Below, piece after piece: positions 49,939-59,568 of a stretch of DNA of 64,000 bases. A program made the position numbers and the translations under genes. Each line of letters begins with the position of its first letter. The first letter of the stretch is position 1. The notes beneath the pieces were generated by a model. It was not told the DNA's origin, ran no database searches, and saw nothing but the letters and a program-made list of their open reading frames with translations. Origin of the DNA: an uncultured delta proteobacterium (GTDB lineage: Bacteria > Myxococcota_A > Polyangia > Polyangiales > B10-G4). Where the stretch lies: positions 256,001 through 320,000 of the forward strand of contig CAVSGI010000015.1 of NCBI GenBank assembly GCA_963727445.1, read 5' to 3'.

Positions 49939-52254
49939 ATGCGGGGGTTTGTCTCGGTCCTGGTCGTCGTCTCGTCCCTCTTCGTCGGTTGCGAGCCTGC
50001 CGACCCGGCCTCACCCGATGGAGGCGGCGTCGAGCCCGGAGAGCCCAGCTTCCCTCCGGGTCTGGTCATCACACCCGACTCTCAGCTCGCCCGTCGCCTC
50101 TCTGGCGACTGCATTCCCTTCGATCCCTTCGGCGATGGTCGCTGGACGTGCATCATGACCACGCCTCAGGACGGAACGCTGGGCGCTCTGTCGCCGGAGG
50201 GCGAAGCGCTCCCGGACGCCGCCGGAGGAACGGCCAGCCCCCTGCTCGACGAACCGCCGACGCCCTTGCCCGGAAGGGTCGACCATCGATCGCAGTACCT
50301 CGATGGCTGCGTCACGATCAGCAACCAGCAAGCCTGTGGCTGGTGCGTCGTTCACGCCGCGACCACGGTGCTGGAGGCGCTCCACTGCTCGAAAGGATGC
50401 GACGTCCCCGAGCTGTCCGAAGCCCACCTCCGCAGCAACTCGGACGAGATCCGCACCCGACCGTTCGGAAGCTGCGCGGAGGGTTGGTGGGCAGAGGCGG
50501 CGCTCGACACCCTCGTCCGCTACCCGATCGTCGACAACGCGACGTGGCCCTACGTGGCCAACGGCCGCGGCCTCAACGAGACGCGCCCGTCCGATGCGGT
50601 GCTCGCGGCGAACGCCGTCTACCAGCCCACCGGCAGCCATGCGGTCGACCCCCGCGACCTCGATGCGCTCAAGGGTGCGCTCGCGTCCGAGCGGGAGATC
50701 CTGATCGAGGTGCCGGTCTTTCGCGACATCGTGGTGGCGGACCCCAACACGCCGGGTGACTGTGAGTCCGGAACCACCGCGACCCACCGCGACTGGTGCG
50801 ACGACGTCGCGCACGTCGGCGTGCCGCCAACGGCGAAACCGTGCGGCTGCAACCGGTGGTGCACCGACCCGATGTGTCTGTCGGGCTACCACGCCATCGT
50901 GCTGACCGGCTACGACGACACCACCCGCGAGTTCACCTTCCAGAATTCCTGGGGCAAGGAGTGGGGTGACGGCGGATACGGGACGATGTCCTACGACTTT
51001 GCGACGACCTACATCCGACAGAACGGAGCGGCGGTCCTCGACGATCTCGACACCACGATCCCCGGCAATGGCTGCGAGGACGACATGGGGGAACTGCCCG
51101 CGGATCGGTGCGGCGCGGCCGGCGACTGTGCTGCCTGCACGGCGCTCTCCGGTTGCGGGTGGTGCGATGGAACCGGCTGCATCGCCGACGCCGATCAGGG
51201 CACGTGCGTCATCTACTACCCCAACACCTGCCCGAGGCCGGCGGCGGACCCCTGCGGGGCGGCGGATTGCGCGAGCTGCGTTGCCACCGACGGGTGTGAC
51301 TGGTGCTCTTGGGGCGACTTCTGCTTCTCGCCTAGCGCGCGGACGGCGGAGTGCTGGGATCCCCGGAACGCCCCCGACCAGTGCGACGACTGCGACGACG
51401 CGATGGACTGTGCGTCCTGCGCCGCGCGCGAAGGCTGCGGCTTCTGCCCGAACCAGTCCCGCGGCGAGGTCGCGCCTGGAGCGAGCCCCACCGGCGACTG
51501 CGTGACGGGCAGCGCGACCGCACCGGATCGAGCGGAGTGCGGCGCCTATCGAGGAACGATGGACGAATGCACCGCCGACGAATGTTCGCTGATCGACAAC
51601 TGCACCGACTGTCTCGATCGTGACGGCTGCGGGTGGTGCGACGGAACCGATCAGTGCATGTTCGGTCGCTTCCGCGGCCCGGTCGGCGACGAGTACTACG
51701 GAAGCACCTGCGGCGACGACTGGGATTGGTTCTCCCCGTTTTGCGACAACACGGACGCCTCGTGCGCGGAGGCGGCCAGCTGCCGGGAGTGCCTGCGCAG
51801 CGGCTCGGCCTGTGAGTGGGACGAGACCAACCTCCTCTGCGCGGACGTCGGGACCATCTCGATGAGCGGCTACGTCATCTCCGCCGAGGGGAATTGTCCA
51901 CCGCTCTGCAACGGCGCTTTCGCGCCGTGCGAGAGCTCGGACGAATGCTGCGACGGACTCGCTTGCGTCAACGGGGACTGCGTCGACTGCGGTGGCGCGG
52001 GAGACGTCGGCGAAGGCTGTGACGGCGCTGTAGTCGGCGCATGTTGTGGATCGCTCGTCTGCAGCGAGTCCGCGGGGGGCGGCGGCACAACCTGTTGTCG
52101 GAGCGACCGCGATGCCTGCGGCGGCGACGCCGAGTGCTGCGGCGAGATGCTGTGCGTGATGGGACACTGCGCGTGTCGCGCCTCGGGGGAGTCGTGTCAG
52201 ACGGGACGAGAGTGCTGCGGCAGCTCGTTCTGCGATGCCGGCACCTGCACCTGA
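49939..52254 (+). CDS. Papain-like (C1A) cysteine protease lipoprotein with Cys-rich C-terminal repeats
   Basis: Lipobox FVG-C; NQQACGWC, GYHAIVLTGYDD, FQNSWGKEWGDGGY; CGWC repeats; C-C-CC-C-C modules. Confidence 0.85.
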   Translation: MRGFVSVLVVVSSLFVGCEPADPASPDGGGVEPGEPSFPPGLVITPDSQLARRLSGDCIPFDPFGDGRWTCIMTTPQDGTLGALSPEGEALPDAAGGTASPLLDEPPTPLPGRVDHRSQYLDGCVTISNQQACGWCVVHAATTVLEALHCSKGCDVPELSEAHLRSNSDEIRTRPFGSCAEGWWAEAALDTLVRYPIVDNATWPYVANGRGLNETRPSDAVLAANAVYQPTGSHAVDPRDLDALKGALASEREILIEVPVFRDIVVADPNTPGDCESGTTATHRDWCDDVAHVGVPPTAKPCGCNRWCTDPMCLSGYHAIVLTGYDDTTREFTFQNSWGKEWGDGGYGTMSYDFATTYIRQNGAAVLDDLDTTIPGNGCEDDMGELPADRCGAAGDCAACTALSGCGWCDGTGCIADADQGTCVIYYPNTCPRPAADPCGAADCASCVATDGCDWCSWGDFCFSPSARTAECWDPRNAPDQCDDCDDAMDCASCAAREGCGFCPNQSRGEVAPGASPTGDCVTGSATAPDRAECGAYRGTMDECTADECSLIDNCTDCLDRDGCGWCDGTDQCMFGRFRGPVGDEYYGSTCGDDWDWFSPFCDNTDASCAEAASCRECLRSGSACEWDETNLLCADVGTISMSGYVISAEGNCPPLCNGAFAPCESSDECCDGLACVNGDCVDCGGAGDVGEGCDGAVVGACCGSLVCSESAGGGGTTCCRSDRDACGGDAECCGEMLCVMGHCACRASGESCQTGRECCGSSFCDAGTCT

Positions 52255-52272
52255 AGAGGCGTCACGCCGAGA

Positions 52273-53178
52273 TCAGTGACCGACGCGGTCGGTCTTCGTC
52301 CCCTGCTCGGCTTCCTTTTCGATGTGCTCCATGATCGCGCCGGCGACGTCCTTGCCGGTCGCGCCCTCGATGCCTTCGAGACCGGGGGAGGAGTTCACCT
52401 CGAGCACCAGCGCGCCGTGATGGCTGCGGAGCATGTCGACGCCGGCCACGCGCAGGTTCAGCGCCTTGGCGGCCGATAGCGCGATGGAGCGCTCCTCGGG
52501 GGTGAGCTTCACCTTCGAGCCGGTACCTCCGCGGTGGATGTTCGCGCGGAACTCGCCCTCGGCGGCGGTGCGGATCATCGAGGCGACGAGCCTTCCGCCC
52601 ACCACGAAGCAGCGGATGTCCGCGCCGCGCGACTCGGCGATGAACTCCTGCACCAGGATGTTTGCGTTGAGCCCACGGAAGGCGTCGATCACCGACTCGG
52701 CCGCCTTCTCGGTCTCCGCGAGGACGACGCCGATCCCCTGTGTGCCCTCGAGCAGCTTGATGATCAGCGGAGCGCCGCCGACCATCTGGATCAAGCCCTT
52801 GGTGTCGTCGGTGGAGCTCGCGCAACCGGTGACCGGCATGGGGATGCCCTTGCGCGAGAGGATCTGCAGCGAGCGGAGCTTGTCGCGCGAGCGCGCCACC
52901 GCCTGCGAGCCGTTCACGCTGTAGACGCCGCTGAGCTCGAGCTGACGAATGACGGCGGTGCCGTAGAAGGTCGTGGTCGTACCGACGCGCGGGATGACGG
53001 CGTCGAGCTGCTCGAGCGGATCGCCCTGATACATCACCACGGGGCGGTGCGTGGCGATCGACATGTAGCACTGCATGTAGTCGATGACCCGAACCTCGTG
53101 ACCGCGGCTCTCCCCCGCTTCGACCAGACGCTTGGTCGAGTAGGAGCCCGCCTTCTGGCTGAGGATTCCGATCTTCAC
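52273..53178 (-). CDS. rimK: RimK-family alpha-L-glutamate ligase
   Basis: [66 protein letters not shown]. Confidence 0.93.
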   Translation of the reverse strand: MKIGILSQKAGSYSTKRLVEAGESRGHEVRVIDYMQCYMSIATHRPVVMYQGDPLEQLDAVIPRVGTTTTFYGTAVIRQLELSGVYSVNGSQAVARSRDKLRSLQILSRKGIPMPVTGCASSTDDTKGLIQMVGGAPLIIKLLEGTQGIGVVLAETEKAAESVIDAFRGLNANILVQEFIAESRGADIRCFVVGGRLVASMIRTAAEGEFRANIHRGGTGSKVKLTPEERSIALSAAKALNLRVAGVDMLRSHHGALVLEVNSSPGLEGIEGATGKDVAGAIMEHIEKEAEQGTKTDRVGH

Positions 53179-54479
53179 TTGCGCTTCTCTTTGGGGATCT
53201 TCTCTTTGGGGATCTTCTGAGAGATCGGCGCGCAGCGCCCGAGGAGGGAAGCATAATGCGCCCGCACCGGTCTGAGGCGAATCCGATTCAGAAAACCCGA
53301 ATAGGTCAGATAAGAAACGATGAAGCGACGATCCTCCGCCCAGGGCGGAAGATGACGGGGCGCACGGATGAGCTTCTGGCTTCGCAGCATCGCCAGCGCC
53401 GGTAGATCCTCGATGTCGAGCTTGCCACAGAAGAGCAGGGGCATCAGGTCGGGCCGCCGGAGCTCCACGATCGAGCGCAAGAAGTTGTGCACGCGCAAGA
53501 GGCCGTCGAGGTAGACGCCGTCCTTGGTGAAGGGGGCGCGCCCCGTGACCGTCCCGCCCCGCACGATCCGGCGCGCGTCCTCGAAGGCGCCGTCCTGATC
53601 GTCGCTGTCGCTGCGGTCGAGGAAGAAGCGATAGAGCTCGATGAAGTCCGCGCCTTCGATCGCCATCTGGATGGCGAGGACCCGGTCGGCCAGACGCTGC
53701 AGGCGGTTCGGGCCGAGAGAGCCGCTGATCAGCTCGGAGAAGACCGCGAGGCCCTCCTGAGTGCGCGTGGTCCCCGCGTGTCGCGCCGCGAGGAGCGGCA
53801 ACTTCTTCTGGCGCTTGCCGTTGAGCGAGGTCGCGATGTGCACCATCGCCTCGTGCATCACCAGCTGGTTGATGTCCTCGGTGGTGAACTGGGCGTTCGC
53901 CCGCAGGCGGATGCGATCGGTCCGCGCGGCGGCCTTCGCGGCCATGTTCTCCGCCACCACCACCCGCGGCGCCTGGTCGCCGAGGAGCGAGTCCACCGAG
54001 TGCTGGATCCGCTCGGCGATCTGGTGCGCGTTCAGCTGATTCGGCGCCGGCCCGAGCTTGCTCGGGGCGAGCTCGTTGAGGATCTTGTCGATTCGCCGCG
54101 CCAGCTGCAGTGAGGTGCTCTTGTCATCGACGAGCGGCGTGGTGGGCTCGCCGTAGAGCGCGACGGAGTGCGCAAAGAACTCCGGCGTCCCGGCGGATTC
54201 GATCAAGCGCGCCGACAAATCGATGCAGCGCGCCTGTCGTCGCACGTACTCGTCGACCTCACTGGTCCCTGGGACCATCGCCGCAGCTCGGGCGCACGCT
54301 TCGCGGACGGCGCTCAGGTCGCGCTTCGGATAGCTGACCTTGGGCAGCGTCTGCGCGCCGCGCGCGAAGAAGCGGGCCTTGATCCGCGGCGCCCACTCGA
54401 GGGCCTTGAGCACGTTCACCGACGCATCGGCCTTCTTCAGGATCTTGGCGGCCTCGGTGAGCCTTTCGTGTTCAACCAT
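53175..54479 (-). CDS. DUF1704/QEGLA-motif metallopeptidase (MATCAP-like)
   Basis: HEAMVH (HExxxH), [23 protein letters not shown]. Confidence 0.87.
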   Translation of the reverse strand: MVEHERLTEAAKILKKADASVNVLKALEWAPRIKARFFARGAQTLPKVSYPKRDLSAVREACARAAAMVPGTSEVDEYVRRQARCIDLSARLIESAGTPEFFAHSVALYGEPTTPLVDDKSTSLQLARRIDKILNELAPSKLGPAPNQLNAHQIAERIQHSVDSLLGDQAPRVVVAENMAAKAAARTDRIRLRANAQFTTEDINQLVMHEAMVHIATSLNGKRQKKLPLLAARHAGTTRTQEGLAVFSELISGSLGPNRLQRLADRVLAIQMAIEGADFIELYRFFLDRSDSDDQDGAFEDARRIVRGGTVTGRAPFTKDGVYLDGLLRVHNFLRSIVELRRPDLMPLLFCGKLDIEDLPALAMLRSQKLIRAPRHLPPWAEDRRFIVSYLTYSGFLNRIRLRPVRAHYASLLGRCAPISQKIPKEKIPKEKRK

Positions 54480-54503
54480 GAGTGTCGGACGATACGCGGA
54501 AAT

Positions 54504-55968
54504 TCAGGGAGCGACGCGACGGACGAGTGGGCCCAGGGGCGGCGGGCGGCCTTCGCCGCTGGACCCGGTCGCGACCGTGAAGGTGGTGGGCTCGTATCGC
54601 GCGAGACCGTCCTCGACCTGGACCGAGGTATCGATGACCAGCGCGTCGGTGTCCAAGACCTTGCCGCACCCGTCGACGAGGCCGCCACCGTCGGTGATCG
54701 TCCAGTAGGTCGGCCGCTCGTTGACGACGCCGGCGATGGTGAGCCCCTTGTCGTCGATCGCCATCCCGTTGGCGGTGAATCCGCCGGGGTCGACCTCGAC
54801 GGCGTTGACGGGCCGGTCGGGGGAGAGGCTCGCGATGATCCGCTGGGCGTCGACGCTGCCTTCTTCACTGAGCTCCACGATCCAGACGTCGGTGTCGCCG
54901 GCGGCGCGCGAGCCGAAGCCGTCGGCGGAGGCGATGACGTCGATGCGGCCGTCTTCGCGGGGGATGACCCGGCGCGGGATCTCGTCGTAGCCCACCCGCT
55001 GGAGCAGGCGCTGCCAGACGACGGCGCCACCGGCGCTCACCTTCACGACCCAGAGATCGCCGGTCACCTCCTCGGAGTCCGTCGGGTCGTGGGTAGGCGC
55101 CACCCGGCCGGCGAAGATCAATCCGCGGTCCGCCGCGAAGGCGGCGTGCGCCGGCAGGTCGTCCTCGGGCGTGCCCACGCTCCGCTGCAGCTCGAGCGCG
55201 CCGTCGAGATCCGTCACGCCCACCCACACCTCGAGGCCGCGCCCCACCGTCGGGTCGTCGAAGGCGCCGAGGAAGACGAGTCGCCCGTCCTCCCGCAAGA
55301 GGACCTGAATCGGAACCGCCCGCGTGGCACCGGCGATGGTCGCGCGGCTCTGCCAGACCACCTCACCCTCGAGGGTGAAGCGGGCCATCAAGAGGCTCGG
55401 CTCGGTCGTCGCCGCCCCGCCCGACGCGAGCCCGATCGCGACCACGTCGCCGTTCGAGAGCTGGATCGCCGAGACGAATCGCTGGTCCCCCGCACCCCCG
55501 AAACGCCGCTCGATCGAGATGGCCCCGCGCGCCTCGACAAAGAGCAGCCACGCGTCCGGGTCGGCGTCACCCATCGCCGATCCGACGACGAGGATCCGCG
55601 AATCGCTGAGCTCGAGCCCCCACTCCGCGCTCTCGATGCTCCCCGCCGCGCCCGCCGCCATCTGCCAGCGCACGCTCTGATCGCCGGCGATGCGCGAAAT
55701 CCATCCGTCTCCGCCGACGAAGGACGAGGCGCCCGCGTCTGCGCCGGCCCCCGCATCCACGCTGGCGCCCCCATCCACGCCGCCATCCATCGTGGCGCCC
55801 GCGCCGAAATTGGTCGGTCTGCCCCACCCAGATCCAGGTGCCGTCCGCGCTCGGGATCGCCTGCGTCACGAAGAGCTCGCTCGAGGCCGCCTTCACGTCG
55901 CAGCCGAAGAGCAAGAGGCCGGCGGCCAGCAGCGCCCTGGAGACGCTAGCCCCGCTCGGCGGGTGCAT
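54504..55968 (-). pseudogene. Beta-propeller-repeat lipoprotein, frameshifted near 55815
   Basis: Signal and lipobox (LLFG-C) in one frame; body with D.W......G...W....G...D repeats in another; frames join as WVGQT/TNFGAG. Confidence 0.7.
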
Positions 55969-56371
55969 GTGTTTCGATCTGCCCACTTCCCGAATCCGTC
56001 GCCGGCTCGACCCGCACGTAGTGGAGCATCAACCAGGCCACGGCGACGAGGAGCAGCATCACGCCCGCCATCAGAATGGGCAAGAGCCCTCCGCCCGGCG
56101 CTTGAGCAAATCGGTCCTTGTAGAAGCGCCCTCGGCTGCGCGCCCGGATCTTGTTCTGCACTCCGGCGAGGAGGTCCGGCTCCTCCCCTTCGATCTCCTC
56201 GTCGAGGGCGTGGGCTTCGTTCAGGAGATCGCGGAACTCCTGGTACTCGCCGGCCAGCGCCTCGTCGGCGGCGAGGAGGGCGTCGAAGGCCGCCTGGCGC
56301 TCGGCCTCGAGCTCGCCGTCGTAGACCGCGCTGAAGAGCTCACGCGCCTCGTCCGCACTCATCGCGCTCAC
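55946..56371 (-). CDS. Putative membrane-bound anti-sigma factor
   Basis: ELFSAVYDGELE N-domain, single TM; GTGA overlap with the ECF sigma gene. Confidence 0.75.
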   Translation of the reverse strand: MSAMSADEARELFSAVYDGELEAERQAAFDALLAADEALAGEYQEFRDLLNEAHALDEEIEGEEPDLLAGVQNKIRARSRGRFYKDRFAQAPGGGLLPILMAGVMLLLVAVAWLMLHYVRVEPATDSGSGQIETHAPAERG

Positions 56372-57051
56372 TTCTTGGACCCCTTCGTCACGATTTGAAG
56401 CTCCGCCACCCGCGTCTGAAGCGCAAGGCGGGCGCGATGGAGGCGGCTCTTCACCGTGCCCGCGGGCAGGCCGGTGACCTCCTGGATCTCCTCGTAGGTC
56501 ATGTTCTCGATGTCCCGGAGCACCACCAGCTCGCGCTGGTCGTCGGGGAGCTCGCCGAGGGCCTTCTTGATGAGGCTCTCCATCTGCTTGGCGTCTGCCA
56601 TCTCGTCCGGTCGCGGGACGGTGGCGCTGGTGGACATGCTGGCGCTCTCGATGGCGTCGCGATCCCCGACCTCGTCGAACTCCTTCTTCTTCTTGTGAGC
56701 GCGCCGGCCGAGGTACTTGATGCGGTTCTTACAGTGGTTCGTCGCCACCCGATACATCCAGGTGGAGAGCTTGGAGTCGCCGCGGAAGCCGTCGATGGAC
56801 TTGAAGACGGTCACGAAGACCTCCTGCGCAAGGTCCTCGGCCTCGCCCGCGTCGCCGATCATGCGGAAGACGAGCCTGTAGATCTTCCCCTGGTACAAGC
56901 GCACCAGCTCGTTGAACGCCGCTTCGTCGCGACGCTTGAGCCGCTCCACCAGTTTCTGCTCGTACCCGTCCGGCATCGGCACGTGGAAACCGGCGGCAGC
57001 CGCGGCCCGATCCAGCTCGGCCACCACGTCCATCCCCAGGCCTGACAACAC
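56368..57051 (-). CDS. ECF sigma-70 factor (RpoE-like)
   Basis: AFNELV..YQ, AEDLAQEVF, STWMYRVATN, LRDIENMTYEEI, GTVKSRLHRAR; GGAGG RBS. Confidence 0.92.
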   Translation of the reverse strand: MLSGLGMDVVAELDRAAAAAGFHVPMPDGYEQKLVERLKRRDEAAFNELVRLYQGKIYRLVFRMIGDAGEAEDLAQEVFVTVFKSIDGFRGDSKLSTWMYRVATNHCKNRIKYLGRRAHKKKKEFDEVGDRDAIESASMSTSATVPRPDEMADAKQMESLIKKALGELPDDQRELVVLRDIENMTYEEIQEVTGLPAGTVKSRLHRARLALQTRVAELQIVTKGSKK

Positions 57052-57167
57052 CTGGGCCCTCCGGTTCCCAGCCGGACCGTATCACCAAAAGAAAGTTCCG
57101 TGCCCGCGCCAAAAGAAGAGGCGCCACCCGACCGGGCAGCGCCTCCCTTTACCGAAACGTGACCGAG

Positions 57168-58055
57168 CTAGCGCACGCAGGCCCCGTCCGTGCACGTCCG
57201 CATGCCGTGACAGACGTTGAAGCACATGCCGCAGTTGTCGTTGTCGCTGGTGGTGTCGACACAGGCGTCGCCGCAGAGGGTCTCGCCCGCCCCACAGGCC
57301 ACGCAGCTGCCGCCCGTGCAGGCCTCGGTGTCGGCGCAGGCGGTGCCGCAGGTGCCACAGTTCGCGCGGTCGGTGTCGGTGTCCACGCAGGCGCCCGAGC
57401 AGTCGGTGAGCGCCATGTCACACATCGCCGCGCAGGTGCCGCCGTTGCAGACCATGCCGCTCATGCAAGCGGTGCCGCAGGCGCCGCAGTTCATCGGATC
57501 GCTGTCGGTGTTGGTGCAGGCGTCGCCGCACAGGTCCAGACCCGGACCGCACATCGCCATTCGCGGCACGCACGCGCCGTCGGTGCACATCTCGCTGCCC
57601 ATGCAAACGGTGCCGCAGTCGCCGCAGTTGGCGCGATCGGTCTGCGTGTCGACGCAGGCCCGATCGCAGGCCGTGAGGCCTCCGCTGCACGCGTCGGCGC
57701 AAGCCCCCATGTCGCAGACCTGCGGATCGGTGCATGCCGTGTCGCAGGCGCCGCAGTTCATCGGATCGCTGTCGGTGTTGATGCAGGCCGTGCCGCACAG
57801 CATCTCGCCGGCGCCGCACATCATCATGGCGTCCGTCACCGCGCCGTCGCCGGCCGTTCCGGTGTCGCCCGCGGTTCCGGTGTCGCCGGCCGTTCCCGTG
57901 TCGCCCGCGGTTCCGGTGTCGCCGGCCGTCCCCGTGTCGCCAGTCGTCCCGGTGTCACCGCCCGTGGTCCCCGTGTCCGTCACCGCCCCGTCGTCGCCGC
58001 AGCCGGCGAGGCCGAGCGCCAGAAGCGCCACCATCATCCAAGTCATTCGAAGCAT
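57168..58055 (-). CDS. Cys-rich lipoprotein with STIG1-like repeats
   Basis: GGAGG RBS; lipobox LAG-C; five C..T.(S/T)D..NCG.C...C repeats; start moved from 58286. Confidence 0.82.
   Translation of the reverse strand: MLRMTWMMVALLALGLAGCGDDGAVTDTGTTGGDTGTTGDTGTAGDTGTAGDTGTAGDTGTAGDTGTAGDGAVTDAMMMCGAGEMLCGTACINTDSDPMNCGACDTACTDPQVCDMGACADACSGGLTACDRACVDTQTDRANCGDCGTVCMGSEMCTDGACVPRMAMCGPGLDLCGDACTNTDSDPMNCGACGTACMSGMVCNGGTCAAMCDMALTDCSGACVDTDTDRANCGTCGTACADTEACTGGSCVACGAGETLCGDACVDTTSDNDNCGMCFNVCHGMRTCTDGACVR
57846..57977 (-). repeat. 18-bp coding tandem repeat (GDTGTA)n, about 7 copies
   Basis: Repeated GTGTCGCC units on + strand at 18-bp period. Confidence 0.85.
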
Positions 58056-58086
58056 CTCTCTACCTCCGCAAGTCATTTGGAACGGC

Positions 58087-58764
58087 CTACTGGCACATCC
58101 CATCCATACAGCTCGTTCGTCCGCGGCAAGCGTTGTTGCACCGGCCGCAGTGATCGTTGTTGGTGTTGGTGTCGACGCAGCCACCAGCGCACATCGTCTC
58201 GCCAGCTGGACAGCCGGAACCCGTGTCCGGCGTCGCATCGGGGGTCCCGCCATCCGGCGTTCCGCCGTCCGGCGTCCCGCCCCCACCTTCGAGGGTCGGC
58301 GGGCTGCCGGTCCACGGCAAGAGATCGCTCTCGGGAACGTCGATGCTCCGGCATCCGTTCTCGGTGCATGTCTGGGCGCCGCTGCAGCTGTTGGTGCGGC
58401 AGGACGCCACCAGGTGCATCAAGAGCACACGCCGCTCGCCTTGCACGAAGGTGAAGGCCGCCTGCCGTGAGACGACGACGCTCCCCCCCAGGCGCCCGGA
58501 GACCGATACGTCGAAAGGCCCGAGCGGCCCATCGCCCTCGTGGATCAGGGACAGGGTCCGCGGCAGCCCCTGCGTGTTCAGGTCGGCCATGGAGCGCTGC
58601 ATCGTGCCCCCGGGGCTCATGACGACGGTCTCGAGAGTGTCGAGCTGGGTCGGCACCGTGAGGTCGCTGTCGGTGACGACCAGCACCTCGGTGGCGTCGC
58701 CGCAGCCCACGAGGCCGAAGAGCGCGAAGTGAACGACGAGGAGGGTGCGAAGACAGGTCGACAT
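58087..58764 (-). CDS. Lipoprotein with beta-sandwich N-domain and one STIG1-like repeat
   Basis: Lipobox LVG-C; TEVLVVTDSDL.VP; CVDTNTNNDHCGRCNNAC. Confidence 0.78.
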   Translation of the reverse strand: MSTCLRTLLVVHFALFGLVGCGDATEVLVVTDSDLTVPTQLDTLETVVMSPGGTMQRSMADLNTQGLPRTLSLIHEGDGPLGPFDVSVSGRLGGSVVVSRQAAFTFVQGERRVLLMHLVASCRTNSCSGAQTCTENGCRSIDVPESDLLPWTGSPPTLEGGGGTPDGGTPDGGTPDATPDTGSGCPAGETMCAGGCVDTNTNNDHCGRCNNACRGRTSCMDGMCQ

Positions 58765-59498
58765 CAGAACCTCAACACCGGTGGGCTGTAGTCGCCGCCG
58801 ACTTCGTTCGGCCCGGCGGTGGCCGCGGCGATGATGATGATCACCGTCAGCAGCACGGCGCCTCCCGCGACCGCCCAGAAGACGGGATCGGTGAAGAGGC
58901 TGCCCCCTTCCTCGTCGTCACCACCGAGGAGCGGCGGGCCGAAGGTGACCCGCGCCGGGCTGCCCTGATCGACCACCACCGTCTGCTCCTCCGTCGAAGC
59001 GTCGGTGCGGGTGATCCGGACCTGCCGAGCGCCGGGCGTCTCGTAACGGGAGACGCCCACGCGATCGGGCGCGAGCTCGCGACCATCGACGGTGACGGTC
59101 GCACCCGCGTTGGCTTCGCCCTCGACCTCGATGGTGAGCGTGCCCGCACGTTCAGCGATCTGCTGGTCGAGCTCCTGGGCGAGCGTGCGGACGTCTTCCT
59201 CGGTGGCGGGGTCGGCGAGGAGGTGGGCCGTCATGTCGCCGGCCTCACCGAGGCGGCCGAGCTCGAGATACGCCGACGCGAGGTTGTACTCGATGGTCGG
59301 CGCCGGATGCAGCGACTGGGCCTCCTCGAAACGAGCAGCGGCCGTTTCCCAGTCCTGGTTCTGGCTGGCGGCCACGCCTTCACCAAAGGCTTGTCGCGCC
59401 CGCGCCGTGTCGTCCTCCTGAGCCGCCGCGGTCGAGGCGAGGAGGGAGACCGAAATCAGGGAGACCGGAATCAAAGAGAGAGCAAGCAGTCCACGCAC
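58764..59498 (-). CDS. Exported TPR + PEGA-like protein with C-terminal TM
   Basis: Signal AAA-Q; EYNLASAYLELGR TPR; GATVTVDG; PVFWAVAGGAVLL TM. Confidence 0.75.
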   Translation of the reverse strand: MRGLLALSLIPVSLISVSLLASTAAAQEDDTARARQAFGEGVAASQNQDWETAAARFEEAQSLHPAPTIEYNLASAYLELGRLGEAGDMTAHLLADPATEEDVRTLAQELDQQIAERAGTLTIEVEGEANAGATVTVDGRELAPDRVGVSRYETPGARQVRITRTDASTEEQTVVVDQGSPARVTFGPPLLGGDDEEGGSLFTDPVFWAVAGGAVLLTVIIIIAAATAGPNEVGGDYSPPVLRF

Positions 59499-59568
59499 CC
59501 CTACGAGGGTACACGAGACAGACGAAAGACGCCGGATCTCGGCATCCGATGACACGACCCCCCTCGAG

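Noticed and set aside
57846..57977. Short tandem repeats here and at 7727, 10177 and 14310-14800 as CRISPR-like arrays
   Set aside because: No unique spacers, periods are multiples of 3, all lie inside CDSs with synonymous variation, no cas genes
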